A DNA stretch of 64,000 bases from Mytilus edulis (Eukaryota), in contig NC_092344.1 of the NCBI RefSeq assembly GCF_963676685.1, positions 65,162,001 through 65,226,000 on the forward strand, in the 5' to 3' direction. The translations under genes and the position numbers were made by a program. The notes under the pieces are model-generated. The model did not search any database, was not told the origin of the DNA, and saw only the letters and a program-made list of their open reading frames with translations. Each line of letters begins with the position of its first letter. The first letter of the stretch is position 1. Below, piece after piece: positions 14,572 through 26,844 of this stretch.

Positions 14572-16494
14572 TACTATATCTAATTAGAGCATATGGAAAT
14601 CCATATCAAAATCGAAAAACTGTAAAATATGTTATGTACTTTTAGAAAATGAAATATATGTAGAAAGAAGTACACATTTAATGTAAATGATGCACGTAAC
14701 TCGATATCGCTATTTGACTATAATTTGCCTTTTCTGGAAAAACCTGTCTTACTGAATTTCTAAAATTTACTATTATAATATGAGGGGAGCCACCGAAATC
14801 GGGTTTCGCTGTTTAAATTATTCAAGTCTTTTAGTGAATCTGTATTGTCGAAATACGTCTAATAAAAGAGTTCAATGTACAATTCAAAAAATTGAATGTT
14901 TCGAAATGTTATATCAGTGATGATTGAATTTCCATTTATTGAAACATAAATCAGGGTTATTTTTAAAGTGATATAAGTGTTTACGATGATTTAAATATGT
15001 TTCATTGAAAAGTTCTTTACACAGGCTGAGCCCATGGTTAAAAAGCCATATTTCAGTTATTCCAACAATTGCAAATCTAATTTTTCTATTTTCAAGTGTA
15101 GTTCTTTGGGCTCTAGTTACATACTAATTTCATAAAATTCCGATAGACATTTATACGTACTTGTCGCCAAACCAAATATGTTGGTTCTTTTGTAGTTTTG
15201 TTTCTAAAAAAATTAATATCAAAATAGATATTGCATATAGAAAAATTGTAGGTGAACAAAAACACACATGTATACTAATATAGGTGATCTGTGTCATTCC
15301 AAACTCAGAAGCCACTACCGTGTTGATCTTTAAATGTCATATCTGTGATTTTATCATTTTAGTGAATTTGCGTCGGAAGACAAATCATTGATAGTCTGAT
15401 ATTTTTTTCATCACTTTATTTGTCTAAACTCGGGACGATGTAAGAGCTTAACTTTTTATAGACAATGTTAATAGTTCATGTCATGTATGTACATGTACAT
15501 CAACATGTAGCAGTTTCTTGGTGTTTCTTTTGATTTTGTTTTGCTTTCAAATTGACTTGTATACCACATCTTCTTTCTTTGACACAAATTCGAATATAAA
15601 AACACGCGTTTCATGGTATTGTTTACACTTTGAGCGTCTCGATTGTGAATGCCTCTGAGCGTTTATTGTTTAGTATCGCTTCAACACACTGTATTTGTTT
15701 TACCGCAATATATCTATAATAGTTTGCTTTGCGATCTAATGAAAAACATGTTGTTGTGGTTAACATAAACAAACAACAAACAAAATCAGGTGTTTTAGTG
15801 TATTATTGTCTGCATAATTTATTTTTTAATCAGATGGTTTGCTTTCTTTTAGTTATGTCCAGTAACATATGGTTCATGGATGTTTAAGGTGATGTCCTTT
15901 ACATAGCTCAATATAGTGATTGTTCTACAAAATTGACCGACTGAAATGAAAGGCAGACGAAAAATTAATACAGCCCATGAAAAACAGAATATCATATGTT
16001 GAGAATAGAAAACCGTGTTTTCGAAAATGGCATGGTACCCTCTATATTTATAGGTCCAAAAACAATGTATATAGTTTTTTTTTTTTTTATTTCTCACGAA
16101 AACACGTCTTATACATAGAGAAGAAACATTTTTTTCGGAATTTCACAGCTTTATGTATAATGACATGACGCGTAAAACCCCCATTCGTTTTAAATTTTTC
16201 CATTGCCGCAATTAAAAAACCAGGCAGAAATGTTAATCATAATTTAAAAATTCATATAGGCAAAAAAAGGACTCTTATATCTTTGTTTTTCTAATCTTCT
16301 TTCTACTAATGTACAGCACCGTAATGCTCATACATCTTCTATGACATTTTAAACAATGTATATATACAAATTTTATGATTGAGGCGTTACACTTACCAAA
16401 GCGTGATATCAAAAAACCTTGCGTGTACAAATATGGTCATTTATAATTTACCTTTCGCTTTATAAATTGGAAATATTTTAATATTACTAGACAG

Positions 16495-18510
16495 AGAAAA
16501 ATGTTATCATTGCAAGATGAATGGTTTTGAGTCTGTAATTATGATGTTGCAGAAAAATGTTATCATTGCAAGATGAATGGTTTTGAGTCTGTAATTATGA
16601 TGCTACAGAAAAATGTTATCATTGCAAGATGAATGGTTTTGAGTCTGTTATTATGATGTTGCAGAAAAATGTTATCATTGCAAGATGAATGGTTTTGAGT
16701 CTGTAATTATGATGTTGCAGAAAAATGTTATCATTGCAAGATGAATGGTTTTGAGTCTGTAATTATGATGCTACAGAAAAATGTTATCATTGCAAGATGA
16801 ATGGTTTTGAGTCTGTAATTATGATGTTGCAGAAAAATGTTATCATTGCAAGATGAATGGTTTTGAGTCTGTAATTATGATGTTGCAGAAAAATGTTATC
16901 ATTGCAAGATGAATGGTTTTGAGTCTGTAATTATGATGCTACAGAAAAATGTTATCATTGCAAGATGAATGGTTTTGAGTCTGTTATTATGATGCTACAG
17001 AAAAATGTTATCATTGCAAGATGAATGGTTTTGAGTCTGTAATTATGATGTTGCAGAAAAATGTTATCATTGCAAGATGAATGGTTTTGAGTCTGTAATT
17101 ATGATGTTGCAGAAAAATGTTATCATTGCAAGATGAATGGTTTTGAGTCTGTAATTATGATGTTGCAGAAAAATGTTATCATTGCAAGATGAATGGTTTT
17201 GAGTCTGTAATTATGATGCTACAGAAAAATGTTATCATTGCAAGATGAATGGTTTTGAGTCTGTTATTATGATGTTGCAGAAAAATGTTATCATTGCAAG
17301 ATGAATGGTTTTGAGTCTGTTATTATGATGTTGCAGAAAAATGTTATCATTGCAAGATGAATGGTTTTGAGTCTGTTATTATGATGCTACAGAAAAATGT
17401 TATCATTGCAAGATGAATGGTTTTGAGTCTGTAATTATGATGTTGCAGAAAAATGTTATCATTGCAAGATGAATGGTTTTGAGTCTGTTATTATGATGTT
17501 GCAGAAAAATGTTATCATTGCAAGATGAATGGTTTTGAGTCTGTTATTATGATGCTACAGAAAAATGTTATCATTGCAAGATGAATGGTTTTGAGTCTGT
17601 AATTATGATGCTACAGAAAAATGTTATCATTGCAAGATGAATGGTTTTGAGTCTGTTATTATGATGCTACAGAAAAATGTTATCATTGCAAGATGAATGG
17701 TTTTGAGTCTGTAATTATGATGTTGCAGAAAAATGTTATCATTGCAAGATGAATGGTTTTGAGTCTGTTATTATGATGTTGCAGAAAAATGTTATCATTG
17801 CAAGATGAATGGTTTTGAGTCTGTTATTATGATGCTACAGAAAAATGTTATCATTGCAAGATGAATGGTTTTGAGTCTGTAATTATGATGTTGCAGAAAA
17901 ATGTTATCATTGCAAGATGAATGGTTTTGAGTCTGTTATTATGATGCTACAGAAAAATGTTATCATTGCAAGATGAATGGTTTTGAGTCTGTAATTATGA
18001 TGTTGCAGAAAAATGTTATCATTGCAAGATGAATGGTTTTGAGTCTGTTATTATGATGTTGCAGAAAAATGTTATCATTGCAAGATGAATGGTTTTGAGT
18101 CTGTAATTATGATGTTGCAGAAAAATGTTATCATTGCAAGATGAATGGTTTTGAGTCTGTTATTATGATGCTACAGAAAAATGTTATCATTGCAAGATGA
18201 ATGGTTTTGAGTCTGTAATTATGATGTTGCAGAAAAATGTTATCATTGCAAGATGAATGGTTTTGAGTCTGTTATTATGATGTTGCAGAAAAATGTTATC
18301 ATTGCAAGATGAATGGTTTTGAGTCTGTAATTATGATGTTGCAGAAAAATGTTATCATTGCAAGATGAATGGTTTTGAGTCTGTTATTATGATGTTGCAG
18401 AAAAATGTTATCATTGCAAGATGAATGGTTTTGAGTCTGTAATTATGATGTTGCAGAAAAATGTTATCATTGCAAGATGAATGGTTTTGAGTCTGTAATT
18501 ATGATGTTGA
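16495..18510. repeat. Minisatellite, 36 copies of a 56-bp unit AGAAAAATGTTATCATTGCAAGATGAATGGTTTTGAGTCTGT(A/T)ATTATGATG(TTG/CTA)C
   Basis: Exact 56-bp period counted from 16495; only two variable sites. Confidence 0.98.
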
Positions 18511-20343
18511 ATAATTATACATACAACTTGTTGAGATAGATAGGCATACATGTATGGACTAAGCTGACAACCCTGCCATGTTTAAACAAAGCAGAAGTCA
18601 AATTGTAAAGCATACTGTCATTAATTTGTGGATAAGAACACATGTTTTTGATATGTCGCTTCTAAATTTATGAAAGATATCATAGTTAGTTTAATGAATT
18701 TCTACTAACGTCGATAAAACATAAAGCAAATAGTAAAATTAAAACCGATCTTTTAGTGGTTGTTGTTGCTTTATAAAATTGAGAATGGAAATGGGGAATG
18801 TGTCAAAGAGACAACAACCCGACAAGAGAGCAGATAACAGTCGGAGGCCATCAACGGTTTAGTATCATACCATCATAAAATATATGAGAAGGCCATAACC
18901 TGTAGCATGCCAACAACTGGTTTTAAAATATGTCATATTTGTTTTTTGTACAATAAATTGTTTTGTTATAAATTTTAGACTGTTTCTTTTCTCAATTGTT
19001 TCATGTCTTGGCCTTTTATAGCCCACTATACGGTATAGGGTTTTCTTATTGTTGAAGGTCATATTGTTCTCTATAATTACTTACATCCAGTTATTTCGTG
19101 TCATTTTCATATCTCACTACATCTCTTTTTATATATTAACCAAGAGAAACACACTTTTTGCAATCGAGATTGACTTTCGTTCCCTCAGCGGTATTCGGAA
19201 TCAACCAGCTGTGTTATAGTGGCATGACCAACTGAACTATGTCAAGTGCCTAAAACAACCGGCCAAGTAGTTATTTTTTTTAAATTTTAATAGGCAATGA
19301 TAGAAAAAAGAACTTCACTAGTCTGGTAAAGTGTTCTCATCGGCTTAAAGAGGGTGTAATTACTGGGTTAACGAAATAATAATAATAATAAAAAAACAAT
19401 GAGTAAAACATAAAGAACAGAGAAAAATTGGCCGAAAAAAGATCAGAGAAAATAGGGTGCTAGTGGAAACTGGGGGCTGGCTTTATTCAGATTAGTATAT
19501 CTTTGTCATTCGTTTCTATTGCAATACAATAAAGAATATAAAGGATAAGTGTGGCATATCGGCAATGTCAGAGCGAGATTTTCAATCCATTAGCATAAGG
19601 TCTTAACCACCTAACTATGATCATATGAAGATAACAAGTCATTAAAATGTTTTAATGTTTTAAAACTTTATTACAAATCATTAGAATATACGAGTTGCAT
19701 TTGAGATATAATGTTTATGTACATTTGTATCGATACAATAATCGAGTCAAACATCTCTCAAACATCTCTCTCTATCTCCCAGACACACAAACACTCAAAC
19801 ACACACAAACGAAAAACACACATACACAAACACTCTTATGAGTACAAATATAACAATATAAATCGCTCGGAAAAAATGATTAGATTTCATATTCTATCTA
19901 TTAATTTGAGTTTATAAAATTGTAAATAAATGAAGTAAAAACGTGTATGAATGCATTCTTTTGAAGAGAAAATAGTTGAATGCTTAATTCAAATAAAAAA
20001 TGGAAATCATAATTAAATGTAGATAAAAGCATTGTAACGGAAAAGGCACTCTACTGTTTCCATAAAACCAAAAACATACGATAAACTGAGTAAAGATTGT
20101 CAGCGGATCATGTAAACGGTGAGCTGCCTGCAGCAGAACTTTAATTCTTACTCCTTTAAAACAAGTTTTATATACAATTGCGCTATGGGACTTTTGGGTG
20201 AAGCTTATGTCGCCCTATACATTGTGTATTGTCTGATTTCATCAGATTCAGTATCTAACAGTTCACTCACATTAATTTCCTTTATTAATTAATCACATCA
20301 AATCTTTGAGCTTTTGTGAGAAAAATATTGAACAAATTCGTCC

Positions 20344-21467
20344 TCAAAGTGTTTTTGTTCTTTCGGTGAAAGAAGACGTATTAAGAACTTTCTCCGTGGC
20401 GACCTCAGCGATTCGTCCACTCTCATATGACACTGGCTGTCTAATGTTTTCATTGATATCATCACTATTTAGAATACATGTAGTACATTGAGTATGACAT
20501 TTCGAAGGTATTTGTTCTAGAAATTCGTTGCTAACTTCTTGATTGAAAATACATGTCTGACAACTATTAACATTGTGTATACTCCCATAATGCTTCGACA
20601 AGCTGCCATTTTCTGACACAACAATATTGAAGCCGTTCGATTTCTTTCTCCTCTCGCTAGAAGTTCTGCACACATCCGGTATTGAATGTATCTTCGTCGA
20701 TCCAGTACCAAAATGGTTTTCCGGATGCAAATTTAAACTGTTGCCCTTTTCATTCAGTTGATTTTGAAAATGTTGCTTTTGTATTAAGCCTTTTGAATTA
20801 TTGTGTCGAATATCCACATGTTTACGAGGTAATAAAGGATTCAAATCTTTATTAATCAATGGCGAAACGGAAGATGGACTAGGTGTCACAGGACTTGATA
20901 TACCAGAGTCACTTGAGCAAGCACGATTGAGTTTTCTAAAATTATCGGATGAGATATTCAATCGGAACGGATTTCGTAGTAACGTCCGGATTCGTTTTGA
21001 GCTTTGATGATGCGACAAGTAATCATCGGAACTGACCGAGTCGCACGGTTGAATCGAGACATGGCTGTTGTAGCTCGATGAAATACTATCACTACATGAT
21101 GAAATATCTGTTGACTTACTCTCTGAAGAACTTATTGAACTTATGTGTTCCGAGGAAGAACTTGTTTGCTTTTTAGGCATTGAAAGCTTTAGTTGCTTCC
21201 AGAACTTTTCTAGCTTTTTGGAATCAGATTCGCCTGGCCATTCAATGTACGTAACACTACTTAATATAGCCTTTAAGTTCTTGTCAATTTTCAAGTTCGA
21301 TATTTCCTCAAGTATAACTGGAATTATTCTATGTTTCATTTTTAACATTTCATGTTGTGCTTTCTGATATTCAAGTCGACACCATTCACTCTCAATATAA
21401 CTCTTTGAAATAACCATGATTGTTCTCCTGCTATCTTCAACAGCTCTGATGATATTGTTTGCAATTA
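20344..21467 (-). CDS. EGF-TM-TIR receptor, last exon: C-terminal part of TIR (IANNIIRAVEDSRRTIMVISKSYIESEWCRLE...FWKQL) plus Ser-rich tail
   Basis: ttttttccag acceptor in phase 1, matching the upstream TIR exon. WCxxE and box-3 FW motifs present. Open to TGA at 20346-20344. Confidence 0.92.
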
Positions 21468-24343
21468 CTGGAAAAAAGGAGAAACTCATATAAGAAAATC
21501 GTACTAAAGTTTTATTTATGTTTATATAACTATATATATGTATGTGCTTCTGTGTATGACTTTGTAGTTGGATTTGCTTATTTACTTCGGAATATATAGA
21601 TTGTTTTTTGTGCGATTCCATTCGAACGTTATATTTAAAAGCGTGTAATTGCTCACTATTTAGTGAAAATAGCCCCAAAGTACATGTATATGGATAATGC
21701 CCTTATACTTTTTTTTGTTACTGAAAATTTCTATTTAGAATATTTAACAATTATTGTTATATTTGTTCAAATATTCATTCTTTAAATGTTTTAGCCTTGC
21801 TTAATATAGTATGTGTACTTATAATTTAGACTAAATATTCAGATTGTTTACGGAATGTATACAATTTCGTATGCTTCGGTGTTTAATATATGTGTATTCA
21901 AACTGTGTAGTAACTGCAGAAATTATATTAAGTATGCAAAACATTGATCGTATAAATTAGAATCTTATTTTTGCGTGGATGAATATCAAGTTGTTTGGGT
22001 TTACTAGGTCGTCTGCTTCATGTTCAAATTTGTATAATCTCTAAACAAATGTACTGTCTTACGTAATCACATAAATAAATAGTCACGGATGTATTTTTTA
22101 ATTGGTAATAAGCATCAGACACAAAAAGCTCAGAAAGTTCTGCAGGAATGGATTTTATATTCCGTATTATACAATGTTCTAATAAAAGTAGGGTTTCAAA
22201 AATCCACCATCTCAGAAATGTATATAAGCATGCAATATAATTATTTAAAGGGCATTAGCTACGAAAATAACAAAACATCAATTAAAATATGATTTTTTTT
22301 TTGTTTCAAACATTTATTTAAAAAAAAGGAATATACAATTACTTTTCGCTTTTAAAGCAATTAGTTCAGTTAAATTTCGTGGAAATAAACAACACTTTTA
22401 TAATTGGTGCTTGTGTTATATTGGTGTTCCACTATTTCGGGTTATGTGGAGGGTTGGGCACCTGCTTACATGTTTTACCCCTCCACATTGTATGTGTGCC
22501 TGTACCAAGTCAGGAGCTTGTGATTGAGCGGTTGTTCCGTGTTGCTGTGATACATATTTTTTTTTCGTTCATTTATTTTTTGGCGGTCAGTTTTCTCGTT
22601 TGAATTTTTTTACATTTGACATTTTGGGGCCTTTTATATCTGACTATGTAATATGGTCTTTGCTCATTGTTGAAGGCAGTACGGTGACCTTTAGTTTTAA
22701 ATTTCCATGTCATTTGGTCTTTTGTGAAGAATTGTCTCATTGGCGATTATGCCACATCTTCTTTTTATACATACATGTAAAGCGATGATAGTATATAACT
22801 TGAAATGAAAGAGAAATAGAAAAAAAATCTTATTTTCCGATTACATGTGCATGACTATTTATTTTATATAAGCATGGGAAGTCATCAGTCTTCAGAGGTC
22901 ATCTCTATATATAATTTGATAGCGAATGGTCTAAAATACTCACGAAATAATGATTTAATATAAAAAATGCCTCTGTTGTTAATTGTTTCTTTAAGGCATA
23001 ATAATCAATTGAATATACGTTTTAGTATGTTATAAATCATATATGAGAATTTGGGTCATCGTCAAACATGAATTTGTCAGTTAATGCCCCTTTAATGTTA
23101 CAATCAACTCACGAAGTCCTTTTACTTGTAAAACCGTAAAAAGTGTTAAATTTGAACTCGCTTCTGGAAAATTTAAATTGAGATTATTTACTAGTTTACA
23201 GTATGCATAAATTTGTAGCTTTTTCACCTATAAGTGAAGTTTTTATTCAAATTAAACAAATTAACAGTGCACCGAGTACTGGTGACAGTTTACATGTATG
23301 TTAACTTATGCATGTAATTAACGGTCTTTTGGTGCTTTGGCGTTGACTTAAAAAAATAAGCACTCAATATAAAAGATAAGTTGCTTGCAAGTAAAAAATT
23401 TATGTTGCCAGTGTTCACGGAATTGGTGTCACTCACAAGGATGACAAAATCCGAAAGTTTGTTGAATGTTGATGAAACCTATCCGACTTTGAATATTGTA
23501 GATTGTTTACACTCACATTACTATTTAAAACAAATGATATCAAAATTATCATATTTTTTATCCGTGGTATACACTGCTGTTAGAGAGAATTTGAAAATCA
23601 ATAATTATGGCAATTGTAAATGAATTAATTTGAATTTGTGAGAGAAAAAAATCCAACATATTAAATTACAAGCTAGTAAATATAAATTTGATTAATACTC
23701 TTCATGTTTATTTTTGGCCCCGGAATGAGCATCCGAATTATTTCATGATTGAAGTTTTTAGCATTAAACATTTTGTGTTTCGACTTTTTGTTCTAAAATT
23801 AAAACATGGTTAAAACAATTTATTGGAGTGGTACTCTACTTAAAGATTTAGAAAATTGGCTTATTTGAATTCTAAGTAATAGCGCGCGATTATTTCAAAA
23901 CACCACATCTTCTTTGTTATTCATCTTGAAACGGAACTAGAAAATACCCTAATCTCTTCTACATGTACTTAAGATATTACTAATTATCCTTTAGATATGT
24001 TACTGGGAATTCATCTAGAAAATGTCTGATGAATGATCGTTAGAGGATGGTCATTTGATATTCTAATAGAGACCAGGAGGAGTTTTTGGGCAGATTGACT
24101 ATTTATTTTCATTTGTTGCTATGCTAGCTTATTTGTTTCGCAGCATTGTTGTGCTATTCACTATTGTATTAAATATTTCCTGTTACAAAATTTTCATTTT
24201 CATCCTAGTATCTTTAAGTTTTCATATTTCTCCAGTCTTCCGCCTAGACAATCAGAATGATGGTCGCCCGCTCAAACACTATCATCAAAACAGTACAAAT
24301 AATTTATTATCGACATGATTACTATTTCAAATATGTAACTTAC

Positions 24344-24487
24344 CATCTCCTGGAGTAAAGTCCCTGAAGTGCAGACAAAGCTTGTATCCCATTTCTAGCT
24401 CTAGTTTCGGATACAACTGTTTCAATACGAAATCTTGATCTGTCTTTGAAGACTTGTATGAGATGAAAGCGTCATAACTTTTCCCAT
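24344..24487 (-). CDS. EGF-TM-TIR receptor, first TIR exon (D-GKSYDAFISYKSSKTDQDFVLKQLYPKLELEMGYKLCLHFRDFTPGD)
   Basis: ttatag acceptor, g|gtaagt donor, 144 bp, phase 1-1. Contains TIR box 1 (YDAFISY) and box 2/BB loop (LCLHFRDFTPG). Absent from the ORF track. Confidence 0.95.
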
Positions 24488-24572
24488 CTATAATAAAAAT
24501 TGTACAAAATATAAACTGTCAGCTATTTAGAACTAAGGAAGATATTACGCCTTTAGTATACACATGTAATGT

Positions 24573-24802
24573 ATGAGGGTATGAATGTAAAGGGGGAAAT
24601 GGGGGGTGGGGGCATGTCTGTGTTCTTTAACTTGTTTATGCCATTTTTGTCTATTCTTTATACTTTTTGCCCATTATTCTCTATTCTTTATATGTTTGCA
24701 CCTTATTATTATTTATTCTTTATTTATTTTGTCTAATTTCCCTATTCTTTATAATTTTTGCTAGATTATTGTTTATTTTGTAAAACCCTATCACACCCTC
24801 AT
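24573..24802. mobile_element. Short MITE-like element with atgagggt/accctcat ends and internal tattcttt sub-repeats
   Basis: Inverted 8-bp ends. A related copy in opposite orientation lies at ~28965-29278. Confidence 0.5.
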
Positions 24803-25176
24803 GTATACATCCATAGGTATTATAACATTAAATATTGGTTGTCTTATTTTTTCCCTCGATTTATGCAATTTGGTAATAACGATAGATTTTTGAAAGCCTC
24901 AGTCTATCAAGTCATAATGTTGAATTATAATTTTATCCTCTACTATACGAGTTATCTCCCCTTATTTGGCAAAGTTGAAAAAAATCAATCAAACAAAAAA
25001 TGTTGTGTTTTATAGACAATACAGCCGTTAATATGACAAAACACATAATTGTCTATATTAACATGAAGTCTTACACTTGAACTACATAGAAATTTGCATA
25101 TTTCATTAAAGATCTAGTTTTATCTTTTACTTCAAACTAGCTTCATTAATGACGATAACGTATTGTTAAACATATT

Positions 25177-25460
25177 CATACGCTTGAAACACGCGTTTAT
25201 TGTTTGGTTGCCATATGAATGACGTACACAACACGTGTACTTATAGTCGCACTTTAAAAAACACGACAGCATACGTTCATATTGTAGAAACAAGAGACTT
25301 GAGCGTTTAAATCGTTTGGTTGTCTTCTGAATGACGTATAACACACAACAAATCATGTCCTTTTATATACACTCTATAAAACGACATCATACGTTCATAC
25401 TCTCAAAACACATGTCTTGCTTAATTAAATCGTTTGAATGACGTATAAAACGAATGTACT
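25177..25460. repeat. Three degenerate ~100-115 bp tandem units
   Basis: Recurrent catacg...tcgttt(ggttg)...tgaatgacgta motifs. Confidence 0.6.
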
Positions 25461-26685
25461 ACTTTAATTCACAAACACACAAAAAAAAACTGCTTCCATA
25501 CGTTTATATGAAAGACAGTCTGTTACTAAACTGTACCTTCGTACTGACATTTGTGTTTGTTATCCAAAACGAATGTCAAGTTATAATCATATAAACCGCT
25601 GTAATTGTGAATTTTTAATTACTTAACAGGTACAATCAAATTGCATGATATATAAGCTAACCGCATCGATGAACTTGTGGTAACGTCTTCACTAATAGTA
25701 AGAGCAGGGGAGGTCGCGCGTTCGACCCTTGGTGAATAATACATTTGCTGGTTTATAAGCCAATCCCATGGTTATTGAAAGTAGGAGAGAAAAAATGGCA
25801 GGATGGGAATCAAAATAATATCTGCGTTGGAATACTTTGTCAAATCACAGACTTATTACATAAATAATAAAAATCCGCATGCCGTTTTTGTATGTAACAG
25901 GATAGATGAAAAATAAACATCACAAAATATTTTTTTTCATTTTGAATATCTTTGGAATATTGCTTGTTGAACGTGAATTAGAATCCTTTCATAACTTATA
26001 TAGCAAGCCTTAGTTATGTTTTCTCTTTTAATTGCCCCCCCCCCCCCCCAAATAGACTTTGAAATCAGAAGATGTGGTAGAATTTTCGAAGAGACAACTG
26101 TACAGCACAACATAAGAAAAAAAGGTAAAAATCAGCTAAAAATGGCTTTACACAAAAGATTGGTACGGAAAACATAAACAAAACAAACTTGCATAAAAAC
26201 AGAAGACACATAGTACTGTCTAGTAGTTACCTAACATTTAACTAGCTCAAAGCAAATTGCACCTTATATATAAATACCCGGAGTAATTAAAGCTTATTAC
26301 TATACGTAATTTCATGTATTTTTTTTGTCTGTATGTTGACCGATGGTTGTTCCTTTAAATTTGGACTTTCGTTGACAGTTGTGTCTTTGACTATCCTTGT
26401 TTTTGTAATTAACTATGCTTTCGGTTAAGTCATACACATACCTACATGGCTATGGTCTTAAGAAAAAAATCCACTCATACATTTTTTCATGAATATCTTT
26501 TATATATTTAAGTAAATTCTCTCAGTTTAAAATTTTAATTTTTAGTAAATATTAGTATTATAAAACAAGTTATCATATGATGTTATTTAATTGAAATAGA
26601 ATGCGAAACTTCCAGGCAAATTAATTTTTAAATGAAAAGGATAAAATGCAGAACTTCCAATATATTAGCATAACATTTAGCTTAC

Positions 26686-26844
26686 CATCATCTTCGTAAT
26701 GTTGAAAATAATGTAAAATCTTCATAACAAACAGTCTTCTCTTTTTCCAAATACAGTAAGGTAATATAACCATCAGGCCAATAAGGAGTGAACCTATGGC
26801 AACACACACCCCAGTCACGTACCAGTGGTACAGTATTTCGTCTT
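26686..26844 (-). CDS. EGF-TM-TIR receptor, transmembrane exon (E-DEILYHWYVTGVCVAIGSLLIGLMVILPYCIWKKRRLFVMKILHYFQHYEDD)
   Basis: tttttttcag acceptor, g|gtaagc donor, 159 bp, phase 1-1. A ~23-aa hydrophobic helix is followed by a KKRR stop-transfer cluster. Confidence 0.92.

Noticed and set aside
16495-18510. CRISPR-like array or coding repeat
   Set aside because: No unique spacers, no cas genes, eukaryotic context; the 56-bp period gives no long ORF.
20344-20360. PDZ-binding motif at the receptor C-terminus (TKTL)
   Set aside because: The -2 residue is Lys, so it does not fit class I or II consensus.
21468-21678. N-terminal 70 aa of the 444-aa ORF
   Set aside because: Intronic read-through upstream of the acceptor at 21468-21470.
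25670-25740. tRNA gene
   Set aside because: Only a B-box-like GTTCGACCC with no cloverleaf; at most a decayed SINE head.
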